Below are positions 31,912-43,892 of a stretch of 64,000 bases of DNA, piece by piece. Each line of letters opens with the position of its first letter. Position 1 is the first letter of the stretch. The DNA is from Balanoglossus misakiensis (Eukaryota; Animalia; Hemichordata). The DNA is taken from assembly GCA_040954595.2 (NCBI GenBank), contig CM082589.2, positions 2,411,498-2,475,497 of the forward strand. Reading direction: 5' to 3'. The notes below the pieces were generated by a model. It made no database searches and was not told where the DNA came from. It saw nothing but the letters and a program-made list of their open reading frames with translations. Made by a program: the position numbers and the translations under genes.

Positions 31912-33362
31912 ATGAATAAACGGCAGACCAAAATCGTTGCTGTAACGGCAGCGCTGATATCGCTGCAGGCGCTTTGCTGCGTGTGTCAGCCTAGAGAGTG
32001 CCTGGACACTCAGAACTACTGCCACCAGTCGGATATCTGCGCCTACATCTTCAATTACCCCAGCAAAGAAAACGGCAGCTGCGGCGGGATGCTGGACACC
32101 ATCGCGAACATGTACTACGTGGAAGGGAGCATAGAGCTGCTGCAGTTCCACATTCGAGACATCAACGCGCAGATCGCCACTCAGAACGCCGACATGGACC
32201 TCTGGCAGCGGCAGCTGGACGAGCAGAGGAGACTACGGGAGGGCCAGGAGAGCGGCATGTCCACCCTGCAAAGCGAGATGACCACGCAGCTGGCGGATTT
32301 CGGTCACCGCCTGCAAGAGTACGAGGGCGAGCTCTACACACAGAAGTCCCTGGTGGAGAGCCTCCAACAGACGCAGTCCACCGCAGGGCACCAGGGCAGC
32401 GGGGAGATTTGGGAACTCCGCAGTGAAGTGAGACAACTGCACCGACGACTCGAGGGTCAAAACCAGGCGATTGAAACACAGAGGGAGATGATCTTCAATT
32501 TGCAAAACGAACTACTAGAAATGCAAATAAGTGCAGGTAAGGAATAATAGCATCTCAACCACCTGTTGTATACACTAGGTCAATAGAACAAATAGCTGTG
32601 ATCATACAACATTTCAAAATGTGTAAATAAAAATTAAACTGGTTCCAATCATTATTTAATCCATTCTCTCTCCCTTCTGAGTAAATTTATATATCGCCAG
32701 CGGACGTCAGATCTTCCGTGTATAGAAAAGAGACTTTTAGCGCTTCATGTACGCAGTGATGTGATGAGGTCTTATATAATTCAGTTGTAATCGAGTGGTC
32801 TTATCACACGCACATTCTTCACATTATACTATGATAACACGCAGCTCAGCAAAACACGATTCGCCAGTCGGAATATTGAATTTATATTTGCAATAAGCGA
32901 TCTTACTGCAATCTGAGAGATACGAGACTGTACTGAGAGATGTGCAGAGATATGTCAAATGAAGTTATTGCATAATTCGGCTTTGGTATTCGTCTGTTAA
33001 TTACTGCGCCAAAAGTTGTTGTGATTTGCCCACAAGACTTCCATTCGTTGTACAACAGGTTATTATGTACACACCAACTATACATTATGTAAACTTTATA
33101 ATGTTCAGTTCACATCTGATGATCGTGTATGTTTCCTCACACAGGATGCAACTTGGAATATAACACTGACCGGCCAGGGGGTGATATGGTTGGCGTGTTG
33201 ATTGAACCCAAGCGTAGCGTTGTCCAGTGTTGTATCGCTTGCAAGGACACCCCCGGGTGTAGATCATTCTCATATAACGAAGAAGACGGACAGTGCTCTG
33301 TGAAAGACAACAGACCGAAGAAGAAACGAGTCGAAGGTTACATTTCGGGCGTTCTGCCATGA
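31912..33362 (+). CDS. Secreted coiled-coil protein with a C-terminal PAN/apple domain; exons 31912-32536 and 33145-33362
   Basis: Signal peptide (KIVAVTAALISLQALCCVC), Cys motif CAYIFNYP and a long heptad region. A phase-1 GT-AG intron leads into GCNLEYNTDRPGGDM..CCIACKDTPGCRSFSY..GQCSVK..GYISG, a typical PAN/apple Cys pattern. Confidence 0.8.
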
Positions 33363-34194
33363 GGTGTGAAATATATTCCGAAATCGATAAAATGAATTTA
33401 GTGAATTGTTAAGATATCGATGATACCCATGGACTGACGCCCGGATTGGCCACCGAAAACCTTCTTTGTACTTTTTGTAGCTTTCGTCTTATACGGATTA
33501 AATTTACGATTTTCAATCATGGACGTGATCTTGAACGGAGAAGTGTGTAATTTCCCACCCAGTCACCAGCATACGAGAGATCTTGCTCGATCTTACAAGA
33601 AGTTTTCCTTCATGATGATTTAAGTATAACGGAATAGTTTTACACCATCAAATGCTCTGTTTTAGGAGCCACTCGTGAAGTAGGCGATCCGCCAAGAAAT
33701 TTGCTGGTTTGTTTTAAATTTTCTCAATAAAAGTCACCCGATTGGGAGTTTCCATCCGACTTGGAGTTAATCAACTGTATGTTCGACTGAGGGCGCTCTC
33801 TGTATTTGTAGGTGATTGTCCATACTAACACAATTGGCCAGAACAAGTCACACTTGCACACAACAAAGGTGGAGATTCAATATCTTTTATTCACCATATG
33901 AAAGATATGCATACATACACAAAATATCTCATGTCAGAAAGAAGTGTACATTCTAAAATAATACTTTTGCAACTATTGCAAATTATGTCATTGAGGGCAG
34001 GCAGCATTTTTCTCTTACCAGTTTCTTGATGCTCGTGGAGTGACTTCATACATTAAACATATGGGAATTAGGTCAACAACCAATGGCAACAAACTAGAAA
34101 ATATTTATGAAGCACATGTACAATGTATACAAAAATATGATATTCCTGTAAGACTCTTCTATCAGATAATTCAGGCGACGATAAATAATGTGCA

Positions 34195-37046
34195 TTACTT
34201 TGATTTCTGCTGCTTTTTGTCTTTTACTTTGTCCTTGTGTTTCTTCTTCTTTTTCTCGGCTAAAAGAAAATTAAAAATGAGAGTTCTTGAATTCCAAGCA
34301 TTGCTGAGGTGCCTGATTTAGATTAATGGAGCAAGGTAGATCATGGCACCCAAGTCTAATGAATGCAATTGTGAAGTGTCCAGCTCCACACAAACTCATT
34401 TTTTCATACTCACTTGAATGTTCTCTATGCTCAGCTTTCCTTTCACCGTCCTCAGCTCTCCTCTTCTTTGACTTTTTCTTGTCTTTGCCGTCGGATTTTC
34501 GTTTTTCCGGCGACTCACTCTCCATCTTGATGTCTCCTTCCATCCTCTCTTCCGTTTCAAGTGTTCCCGACTGTTTCACACCGTCATCTCTTTTCTTGGT
34601 GGGTTTCTTCGTCTTCCTGGCAGCTACAGCGAGGCAGGTCAGTCTGGCCTGAGTGTTCATTTCTGCAAGTAGTACTGGGTCCCTCGTCACCTGTAAAAAC
34701 AGTAATATAAACTGAAATTGGAATCCCAAGTTCGAAGATGTACTTTCATGTCATGTCAAATCCCCTGAATGTGATTCCAGCATAGAAATGGATCAATCTC
34801 TGTAGACTATTACCTTTTCTGAGTTGATAGCCCACACCTTAATGTAGTTGTCGCTTGAGGCAGAAAATAACAACTTGGTATGAGAGTCAGGATCTCTCGG
34901 GTTTGCAACACATTTGAGTGACTTGATCCTGGAACAGTGACAAAAGAAAGACATGTGAGTTGAAAGGACTTGAACTTTATTTATCACAAATCGACAGCAA
35001 ATCTGCCTGTGTAACCAAGTTACACCTGTTTAATTTGTTCACATTTGAACGTACAAGTCATAATCCAAAACTCACCTCTTGCTGTGAGCTGTGAATTGTT
35101 TGAGGCATTTCTCATCCCGTGAACTGAATAACTTAATTTTGTCAGAGTCTCCAGCAACTGCAATGATGTCTTCCTGATAAACAAAAAAATGTTTTTGTCA
35201 GAACTTTTTGTAGATCACAATGAGAATGTCCCAATGACAGAGCAAAACAAATCTCAAAACAAATCTCAAACCAAACTTACTGTTAGGAATGTCGCTGCAA
35301 ATATCCTGGTGCCAGTGTCAAACGAGTGAGTGATTTTCGCACTTTCCAGGCTATACACATCAATTTTGGTGTCTGCTGCGATAAGGTAGTTGTCGCCACT
35401 CGGTGAAAAGAGGATGAGTTCTGCAACTGAAATCAGAATACCACCCAAGTGTACATTACATGATGTACATGTGGTCTATGACTGAAACAAGACTGGCTAC
35501 AGTATGCCAAAGTTGAAAGAAGAAAGGCATTGAGAATGTATGAATTACCTTTTTTAATATTTGTGATGTAGGCTGTCCTTCCAATGATTAAATTCCACGT
35601 CCGGAGTGACTTGTCTTTTCCAACTGACATAGCTAACTTCCCCGACGGATGTATGGACATTGAGATCAAACCACCCCTGCAATGACAAAAAACCACACCA
35701 TCATTTAGTGATTCACCCTTTCGTTGCAACTCTGTGATTCAACTCCATTGCTTTCTGCACAGTTTTGTACATAGATACAATGTGTGTTAGCTCAAAAAGT
35801 CCCTTGTCTCTTACTTGTGGCCTTTCAAAGTCTTCAAGCAATCCCACGACCCCGTCTTCCAAATGCAGAGTGTGCCGTCTTCACTACCGCTGAGTAAATG
35901 TGTATTGCTGTAGAAATCAATACTTGTCACTGAACCTAGAAGAAGAGATACCAAAAATGATGAAGATGAAGATGGCATAATGAAAACACACCATAGAAGC
36001 TACCTCTCCTTGCCAAACATGATCCCATCATCTTCAGGCACTACAGTGTTCATCTAGAGGGGGGGGGGATTGGATCTTCACATACCTTCATGCTGCATTA
36101 ATGTTCCTATATCTGTCTTTAACTTGAGATTATACAATTGAATGGTTTCATCTGAACTCCCAGAGGCAAGGTGTGTATCGCTGACTGCCAGACTCTTTAT
36201 ACAGCCAGTGTGTGAATGCTCTGTGAACCGAAGTTTGAACTCATATTTCTGCGGAAAAAGCCAATAATAAAATGAGAATGTTGTATTCAGAACTGGTTCG
36301 CACATTCTTTTGGAAAATGATAGCTCACAACCATTTGTTCTTACATTTTGTGTTAGCCATTTCCATCTCCCATTTCCTTCTGTACATCATGTACATGTCC
36401 TGTGTATGTATATACCAACACAACAGGAAGTTGTGATACACAAAATAGTTGTTCATTTCATTTTGTAAGTTGTAACCCTCTTATTTCCAAATAGAAGATG
36501 CATTTGTTCTGCGCAGTCCTTGGACTTTTAGAACCCTGGGCCATTGTCTTGTCAAGTGTGTGTAACTCAGCATGTGTCTATGTATACGTACGGCTGGACA
36601 GCCAAATCAATGAAATGTACCAAGCTTTTTTGGTGCGTGTTTTTTCCTTGGGAGCTCAAACTGCCAAGCTGATAAGGCTCTGCTTGAAGCTTTAGGAGTT
36701 AACACTTGCATAAGTGGAAGTGATTTTATGATCGTATGAACCCGGACACCCAGAGCTTTAACATCATACATGCTGTATTTTCTTAGTGTTCACGTGCTGT
36801 TCTTGTACATCATGTACATTTCACATGGTAGAGATACATAGCCTTATGTGTGGTCTGCCACACTGAGTGGTGATATGGGTGTCAACCGTGATCGGTCGGC
36901 TTGAGCGTTTCCAATTTGGAAGGAGACATTTGCAATTTAATTATCTATCCGAAACACACCTGTTCATCGTTTAGACGTAATTCATAACCGAGTAAAACCT
37001 GTTCATAACAGCCTGCAACAACGTCAAACACCACGCTTTCCTCCAT
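34195..37046 (-). CDS. PAK1IP1: p21-activated kinase-interacting protein 1 (Mak11 homologue, WD40 60S biogenesis factor), ~9 exons
   Basis: Exons read MEESVVFDVVAGCYEQVLLG; FTEHSHTGCIKSLAVSDTHLASGSSDETIQLYNL; HLLSGSEDGTLCIW; SIHPSGKLAMSVGKDKSLRTWNL; LFSASSDNYIKVW; TQARLTCLAV, followed by a Lys-rich tail. Last exon 34259-34195 ends at TAA. Confidence 0.92.
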
Positions 37047-37607
37047 TTTGTTAAAAGTGCACAACTGAAGTAGACGTCATAAGTTTGTGTGTAGTTCAGA
37101 AATAAGTATTTAGCGCAATAAAATACCAAGAACAGAGTTATTTTATTACAAAATTATTTTACTACAAAATTTGATATAATCTATTCAAAATTTCCTATTT
37201 CACCCAAGTAAACTTGAATCGACGCCGCGTTTGTGTTTTGAGATTCCCATGGGCCTCTGCGCCCATGAATGCTCGGTGAAAATTCAGATTGTGATTCAAC
37301 ATTTCCTTCCAGTAATTTCTCTTTCAAATTCAATATACTTGTCTCGTATGTATGCACACTGGTGTCTTTCATTTTCTTGATATTTTTTCATAAATAATTC
37401 CAACACACTTTTTTCATTTATAGGAGGCGACACTTATTATTATGTAAAGTATATTCATCCGAATTTGAATCCACTTCCGATTACTACTGACGTCACTAAA
37501 TTTGTTGTTCCCAAAGCTCAAAGCCATCGACCCAAGCGTAGAAGCTGCTGCTAGAGATATTGTTTCCTGTTCGTTTTTCTGAATTTTCCACACACACAAC
37601 TTGCAAC
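37047..37607. promoter_or_regulatory. Probable bidirectional promoter between PAK1IP1 and the TRNAU1AP-like gene
   Basis: Divergent start codons 561 bp apart. A CRE palindrome TGACGTCA (~37488) and an ETS-like ACTTCCG (~37473) lie within the interval. Confidence 0.6.
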
Positions 37608-40600
37608 ATGAGTACGACGACGCTTTGGATGGGCGACGTAAGTATCTATGAATGTCTATTATTAATTTGGATTTGAAATTAGCCTTTTAGTGGTGCAAAA
37701 TATAGATTTTTTTCGACCTGGGAATAACGATTGTGCATGGCTGTTCACCCATAGACAAAAGGGGCCACGTTTTTCGTGTCGAAGCACGTCAGACGTTTTT
37801 ACAAATTTCTGTGAATGAAATGTTCGTATGTGAAATACAGCGTTGCTCTTATGTATATTGGTTCCATAGATGTATATTTATACATGTACAACCGTTAAAA
37901 TCCCCTTCATTCACTGTAAAATAGACAATTTTCAAACTTCGAACAGGCGAGTCGTTCAAGCTTGCTAGGAAACTGCGTTTGCTAATTTGCATATCGCACG
38001 CCACTCAAAGAAATGAAGCCATGGTTGCCTCATAGCGTCCACTCAATTACGTATAACTACAGAAACGAAACCGAAATATTGTAGTCGACATGATTTACTG
38101 TCAAGCCTGCACTTGCATGTATGTGATGAAATCCCACCCAGACTTTAAGATTCCTTTTTGAAATGGACAGATTGCTATGGAGGGAAGAGCCTGTGGTGTG
38201 ATCAGATTTCAAGGCCATTTGTACCCAATGAATCCCTTCACTTGAAGATGTGTTCAAACTTTATTCACCACATTGCCAGAAATTCTACAGAAAAAAAACC
38301 TCTTTAATTAAAATCTTCCTTTTCACGTCATGTTATCCCAAGTGCCACATGCAGAGAAAAATTGTAGTAGTCTCTTGTCATATCATCCTGTGTTGGTTTC
38401 AACTATTTTCAGAACTTCCTCTTTAGTTCAACAGGAAGTGACCATGTTCAGTTAATAAATTTTCAGTTCAAAACTTGCCTGTATAGAAATTAGAATTGGT
38501 GATTTTGCTGTGTGGATCCTGAATTATATGTTATATGCTCTAAAGGTTGCCCATTGTCACCTTGAGATAGACAATATCAGGTGTCAGGTGATTGGAGTTG
38601 CTAAGCCTCCATTTACCCATTTTGTTTCATGTAGTTTCACTTGATACTAAACTAAATGGTCATTTCTTCAGGTTGAACCCTACTGGGATGAAAACTTCAT
38701 TAGGAGTGCGTTCTCTGCAAGTGGGGAACAACCGACAGCTATTAAAATGATGAAGAACAGGACAACAGGGTAGGTATTTCATCTCCCCTTAAAACGCAAA
38801 AAATGGACTCGGTGCAAAATTGTTTAGGACAAAGTGTTGGTGAATATACCAGCAAAAGTGTCAATTTCATTCGGAGAACACTGCTTTGAATATCATACTG
38901 CGTGTACAAGTCTTAAAACCATTTCATTGAACCTTCTTCCAACAGGGGGCAAGCCAGGTACTGTTTTGTCGATTTCCAAAGTTCAGCCGGGGCCGAAAGA
39001 GCACTCATGACACTGAATGGAAAGCCAGTTCCTAACTCTTCACCAGTAAGTATAGATAACATATATAAGCCGTGCTATCTTCCTAGTTATAATACGACAG
39101 CCGATACACCAGGAAAAAGGTGAAACGCCTCTACTTGCAGCTACTGTTTCTAATGACATGCATTTTGTTTTTGCAGCCGAGACTTTTCAAGTTGAACTTT
39201 GCAGTCTTTGGAATGCAAGCTCCACCAAAGTAAGATTGATTTTATAGTAACACCCGGCTAAACTAAACCCTGTCTAATCTTGAAACCTGTCTGTGCCAAA
39301 CACCTATTTCATTCTCCTCCCAGACACTTCTGGTGTCCAGTTCAGACAGGTTTATTGTACTATGATGCATCTGAATATATCTGAATCCTTTAGTCTTTAC
39401 TTTTTTCATTATTATATTTTTGGTGTTGCGGTTTGCATTACTTACATCAGGCATCCAAAACTGCCAGTGACTGGGATATCTTCCTATTTTATTATACGAC
39501 ACGAATTCGACAACCATTTAGTAAATTTATGTAATTCTTTTTGCAGACCTCCAAATTCAGTAGGATTTGGTGAAAGACCAGGGTAAGTCAGATGCATGGA
39601 AAAATAAGCACACAAGTTTTCTGGTGCATGGCCTTTAGATCTTCTGACTATCCCATATCTTGCTCTGTACGATGACATGAAACTGAGAAAAACTAGCAAC
39701 GAGAAATGCAGAAGCTGGTAGTGGCAGGGTGCCATTGATGAAAGTACACAATTAGCACAGAAATAAAAATGAATGAATCTCGTTTATCACCTCCACTGTG
39801 TTACATCTTCTAACAAGATTTTTTCCCCCCATGTGTCACAGTCCTTATGGTGGTAGAAAAGAGTATTCTCTCTTTATCGGAGAGCTCACACCAGAAGTAG
39901 AAGACTCTGCCCTCTACACATTTTTCTCCAGGCGCTATCCATCGATCAAGGGAGCCAAAGGTAGGTGAACTCTGACACCAGTTGATTTGCGTTTGTTTGC
40001 TGTCTTGCACATCTGATTTCTTCAACCCTACACGCAGTACTGTTTGCTTCTCTGATATGAACAGGACCTTGAGTTAGCAAGGCAGCCGAGAGAGAGAGAG
40101 AGAGAGAGCAAATGACTCGATGCTTGTTTTGAAAACCTTGGTGCTAAAATGCCAAAGTCAATGTTAGGTCGTGTCTTCTGATGCCAATAAGTGAAAATTT
40201 TCACTTCTTTTCATTCTGTGAGTTCTGTCTGTAGTGGCAGCAGTCTTCCTGCTGGGAATTTCAGAAGTTCCTTCTGGAAATTCAGTTTTTTAAGGGGTAT
40301 TGTCATTAGTCTGTTCATACATGTTACATGCTGTGAATGCAAGGAATGCAAATATCAACTATTGTGTAGATGTTGAATATGTGAATGACGTTTCTAGCCC
40401 AGGGTGTCTGTCAAACTTGGTTGAAAAAAATCCATAGACAGGTTGTGGAGTAAATGGTACACATTTTTGTCTCAATGCACCTGTGGGTGTTATTTATACA
40501 AGTAGCTGGATTCAATGTACGTCTGTGTCGTCATAGCATTGATCGACAACACACCAAAATGTTTACCTCTCAAACGCTCAAAGCAGTGGCTCTGAAAAAT

Positions 40601-43600
40601 ATTCATGACACCAGTATATGCAACCTGTACAAACTAATATAGCAAACACAACTAATTGTCAATGTGCAGTGAATTTCTTGAAATAATTACTTCTGCTTCT
40701 CTTTAGTCAAAGTAAAGAGGTAGGTGCTAATTTAAAGAAAGGCAATATTTTTTTTCTGTGCACAAACATCAGTTTTAGAGGTTTCCATAACCTTTTCACT
40801 GTTGCTACAATTGAATTATAATTGATGATTGATGTACTGGACCCCTTGTTTTTGTGCTGAGAATTCATACGTTATATCACTGATGAACTCGCTTGTATTC
40901 TATTAAAAAATTACTATTGCTGATGAGTTTGTTGTTTAGAGTACACAGAAATAATATAGATAAGTGTTTTTGTAGACAATGGTTATTATAAAATTGACCG
41001 TCGAGTACACAGGTCAAAGTATAACAAGTAATAGCCCCAGTTTAGAATTACTCGTGCATGTGATGGAGTAAATTGTAAAAATCCCATTTGGTGTTTGATG
41101 TTGAAAAACTGTACTAGAAGTGGTTTTTAAGTAATTTCTCTTTGTAAATCTAAACAAAAATAGAATGAAAAAGGTTGATGGAAACTTCTAAAACCCTTTA
41201 GTCATCAGAACTCCTTTGAAGAGAATATATTGATTCAACAAAAAAAAAACCTGATCAGGGTCTTAAATTTCTCAATTTCTAGTGAGAGCTTTCTTTTACA
41301 TATTTCAAAGCACACTCCAAATATTGAATCCCATGCCATTTTCTCTACAGATAAGTCACATGCGATCATCACGTTACTACTGGGACGGCCTAATCCCAGA
41401 CATTTCGGCCCTCCTGCAGTGGGTTGATGGAGGTAAAATTTCCCAGAGAGAAAACTTTCATTCAGAGAACTTTTTTTTTAATTTGAGACATTTTAAAGAC
41501 TTTCCAGAAATTTCAGAGAAATGTAAATTTCCTTCTGAAGAGTATTTTCCAGAAGTGTTTTTCTGTAAATATTTAGTTCAGAGACTTTTACATTTTAAGT
41601 TACTCAATTTCAGTCTTTAAAAGAAAGACTTTTCCAATATTTTTGCCACTTAGTTGTACAGCCTTTTTTCCATCATCAATCCCTTGCAGTTATGACCTTT
41701 AATCACCGTGGGAGATATAACATCTAATTAAGAAAAGATACATGTAAATTTCCTGATGCCTTGCCTAAAACTTTGATAGCGACCATCCTCGTCAGTTACA
41801 TGAAACATCTACGTGCCGATTTCTTCCTATTTCCGTTTTCAAATTAACCATTTGCGACAACTTCACTGTGTCCACCCTTCTTGCTTATTAATCGATGCGC
41901 GTGTTGTGTGAGTGACATGCACATTATCAACCAGCGGCCGTTGTGTGGTGTATCATTCCTTTGGCAAAGCAAAACTTGTTGTCACTTGGAGTTGGGGGGG
42001 AATGCATTTGGGGGAAAAAAAGACACTGGAGAGACAGACAGACAGGCTGAGATCGAACAAGCTTTGCAATCATGTCACATTTCTAGGCCAGCGTTTGTCG
42101 GCAACGCAAAGGAAGATGACATCGGAGAGCTGGCAAGAATGGTTACTTGCAAGCCAATGTGGATTCAGACTTGACACGTTTTCCAGATAATAATTTCTGT
42201 GTGCTCTGTACACTTTCTTTGCATGCACTGCCAGTACTGGACATTGTTTTCCTCTATTGTACATTGACGTTGTAAACATTTTTTTTCTGCATTTTTACAG
42301 ATCTTTTCAAAGGTTTCTTTACAGGAGTTGATTGGCATGGAAATTTTCCTTTTTCTCTCCATCAGAGACGATCTCAAAATAACTTCAGGTTCACCAGTAG
42401 CGATTATTTGATGACTAGTTTGTTTGATAGAGAGAAATCTCTTGGAACAAAATGTACAACAAAGACCCTCTTTTCAGTATGATAAATCTGATATGTTGGC
42501 ACCTGTTTCGAGCATAGATAATAGAATTTTATTAAGCTGTTTAGATACGTTTCACTGCAATTAATACTGCATTTTCATCAAGCTCTTTTCCGTATCACCT
42601 GTTGTGTTGTCATTTTCTTGCAGTTTTCCTAGACCCATCTGTACCTTTGCATTAACATATTTGTTTCTGGTGCTCGTAGCAGTATCCTTAAAGTTTTAAA
42701 GATTGCTGTTTTTTAAATGCTTCACAACCAATGTCTTTTGCAGTGTTTGGAAACAAACCCCCCAGATTTTGGTCTAATTCAGTGGTAGTTTTGAAAACTC
42801 TGAAAGTGACAAAGCAAATCTCAATGCAATGAATAAATTTACGAAAACAGCAGACAAGATCTTGGTTGTGGAGAAAGATACAGTGGAGACCATTGTTTTG
42901 TTTTATTTTACTTTTTATTTTATTTATTTTTTACATTCCTGCATTCTTATACTGGTTGCCACATACATGTTGTACATATAGTGTGTGTACTTTCAAATTG
43001 CATTTAAATGCCTACAGAAAGAACTTGTGATTCAATTGCAAAACTTTCTCATGAAATAGATGCCAAATACGTCTGAAAGAAACACTGTCAAAATTGAACC
43101 TGAAGTTACTTTGCTTATTGCCCTTTCCAGAGAGCCCCTGCTAACGGACTTTTCTCATTCTCTCCATGCGCAGTGATTCTGGATAACGCTGGCATTTCCC
43201 GAGGATTTGGTTTTGTGAGGTTTGGAAGCGAGGAGGAGCACCAGACAGCGTTGACGGAGATGCAAGGGATTGCTGGTCTCGGAGGTCGTGCATTACGAGT
43301 TAGTATTGCTACCCCCAAGAAGTGAGTACAGGGCTAGTTAATACATATACATGACTGTACATTCGCACTTAGTTTTTTGTTGATCTCATTTATCGATAAA
43401 TATGTGTAAGTTGCTAATCCCTGCCTTTCTTGCAGGCCACGAGCACCTGAGGGAGGAGACACCTGGAGTTCCGGGGTCGGCTCCTGGGGTTCCGGCGGTG
43501 GTGGTGGCTCCAGTGGCAACACGTGGAACCCGGATTCCAGCAACTCGTGGAACTCCGGCAGTGGTGGCGGCGGCGGTGGTTCCTGGAACTCGGGCAACCA

Positions 43601-43892
43601 GTACGGCGGTGGCTCCCAGGGCTGGGGCTCTCAGGGCAACTACCAAGGCAACTGGGAGTCTGGCAACACCTGGGGTGGTGCTGGCGGCGGTGGCCAGCAG
43701 CAGCAGAGCAGCTGGGGAGGCAGTGGTGCTGCAGCAGCCACTACCGGCAGCCAGCAGAGTAGCTGGACCGGTGGTCAGCAAGGTGGTTGGGGCGGCCAGG
43801 ATACATGGGCTGGCAGTGGTGGCAACCAGGGAGGCTGGACAGGCGGACAGTACAACCAGTACCAGGGCTACCAACAGCAGGGACAATACTAA
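37608..43892 (+). CDS. TRNAU1AP/SECp43-like two-RRM protein with a Gly/Trp/Ser/Gln-rich C-terminal tail; exons approx. 37608-37637, 38672-38769, 38946-39045, 39177-39229, 39547-39582, 39842-39960, 43174-43321, 43436-43892
   Basis: RRM1 [10 protein letters not shown]|[31 protein letters not shown]|PRLFKLNFA and RRM2 [22 protein letters not shown]|[49 protein letters not shown]. Shares intron positions with the downstream paralogue. The last exon encodes ~151 aa of low complexity with 13 Trp. Confidence 0.9.

Noticed and set aside
41422-41430. In-frame TGA of the candidate poison exon read as selenocysteine
   Set aside because: The 82-nt exon shifts the frame regardless of read-through, and no SECIS element was recognisable.
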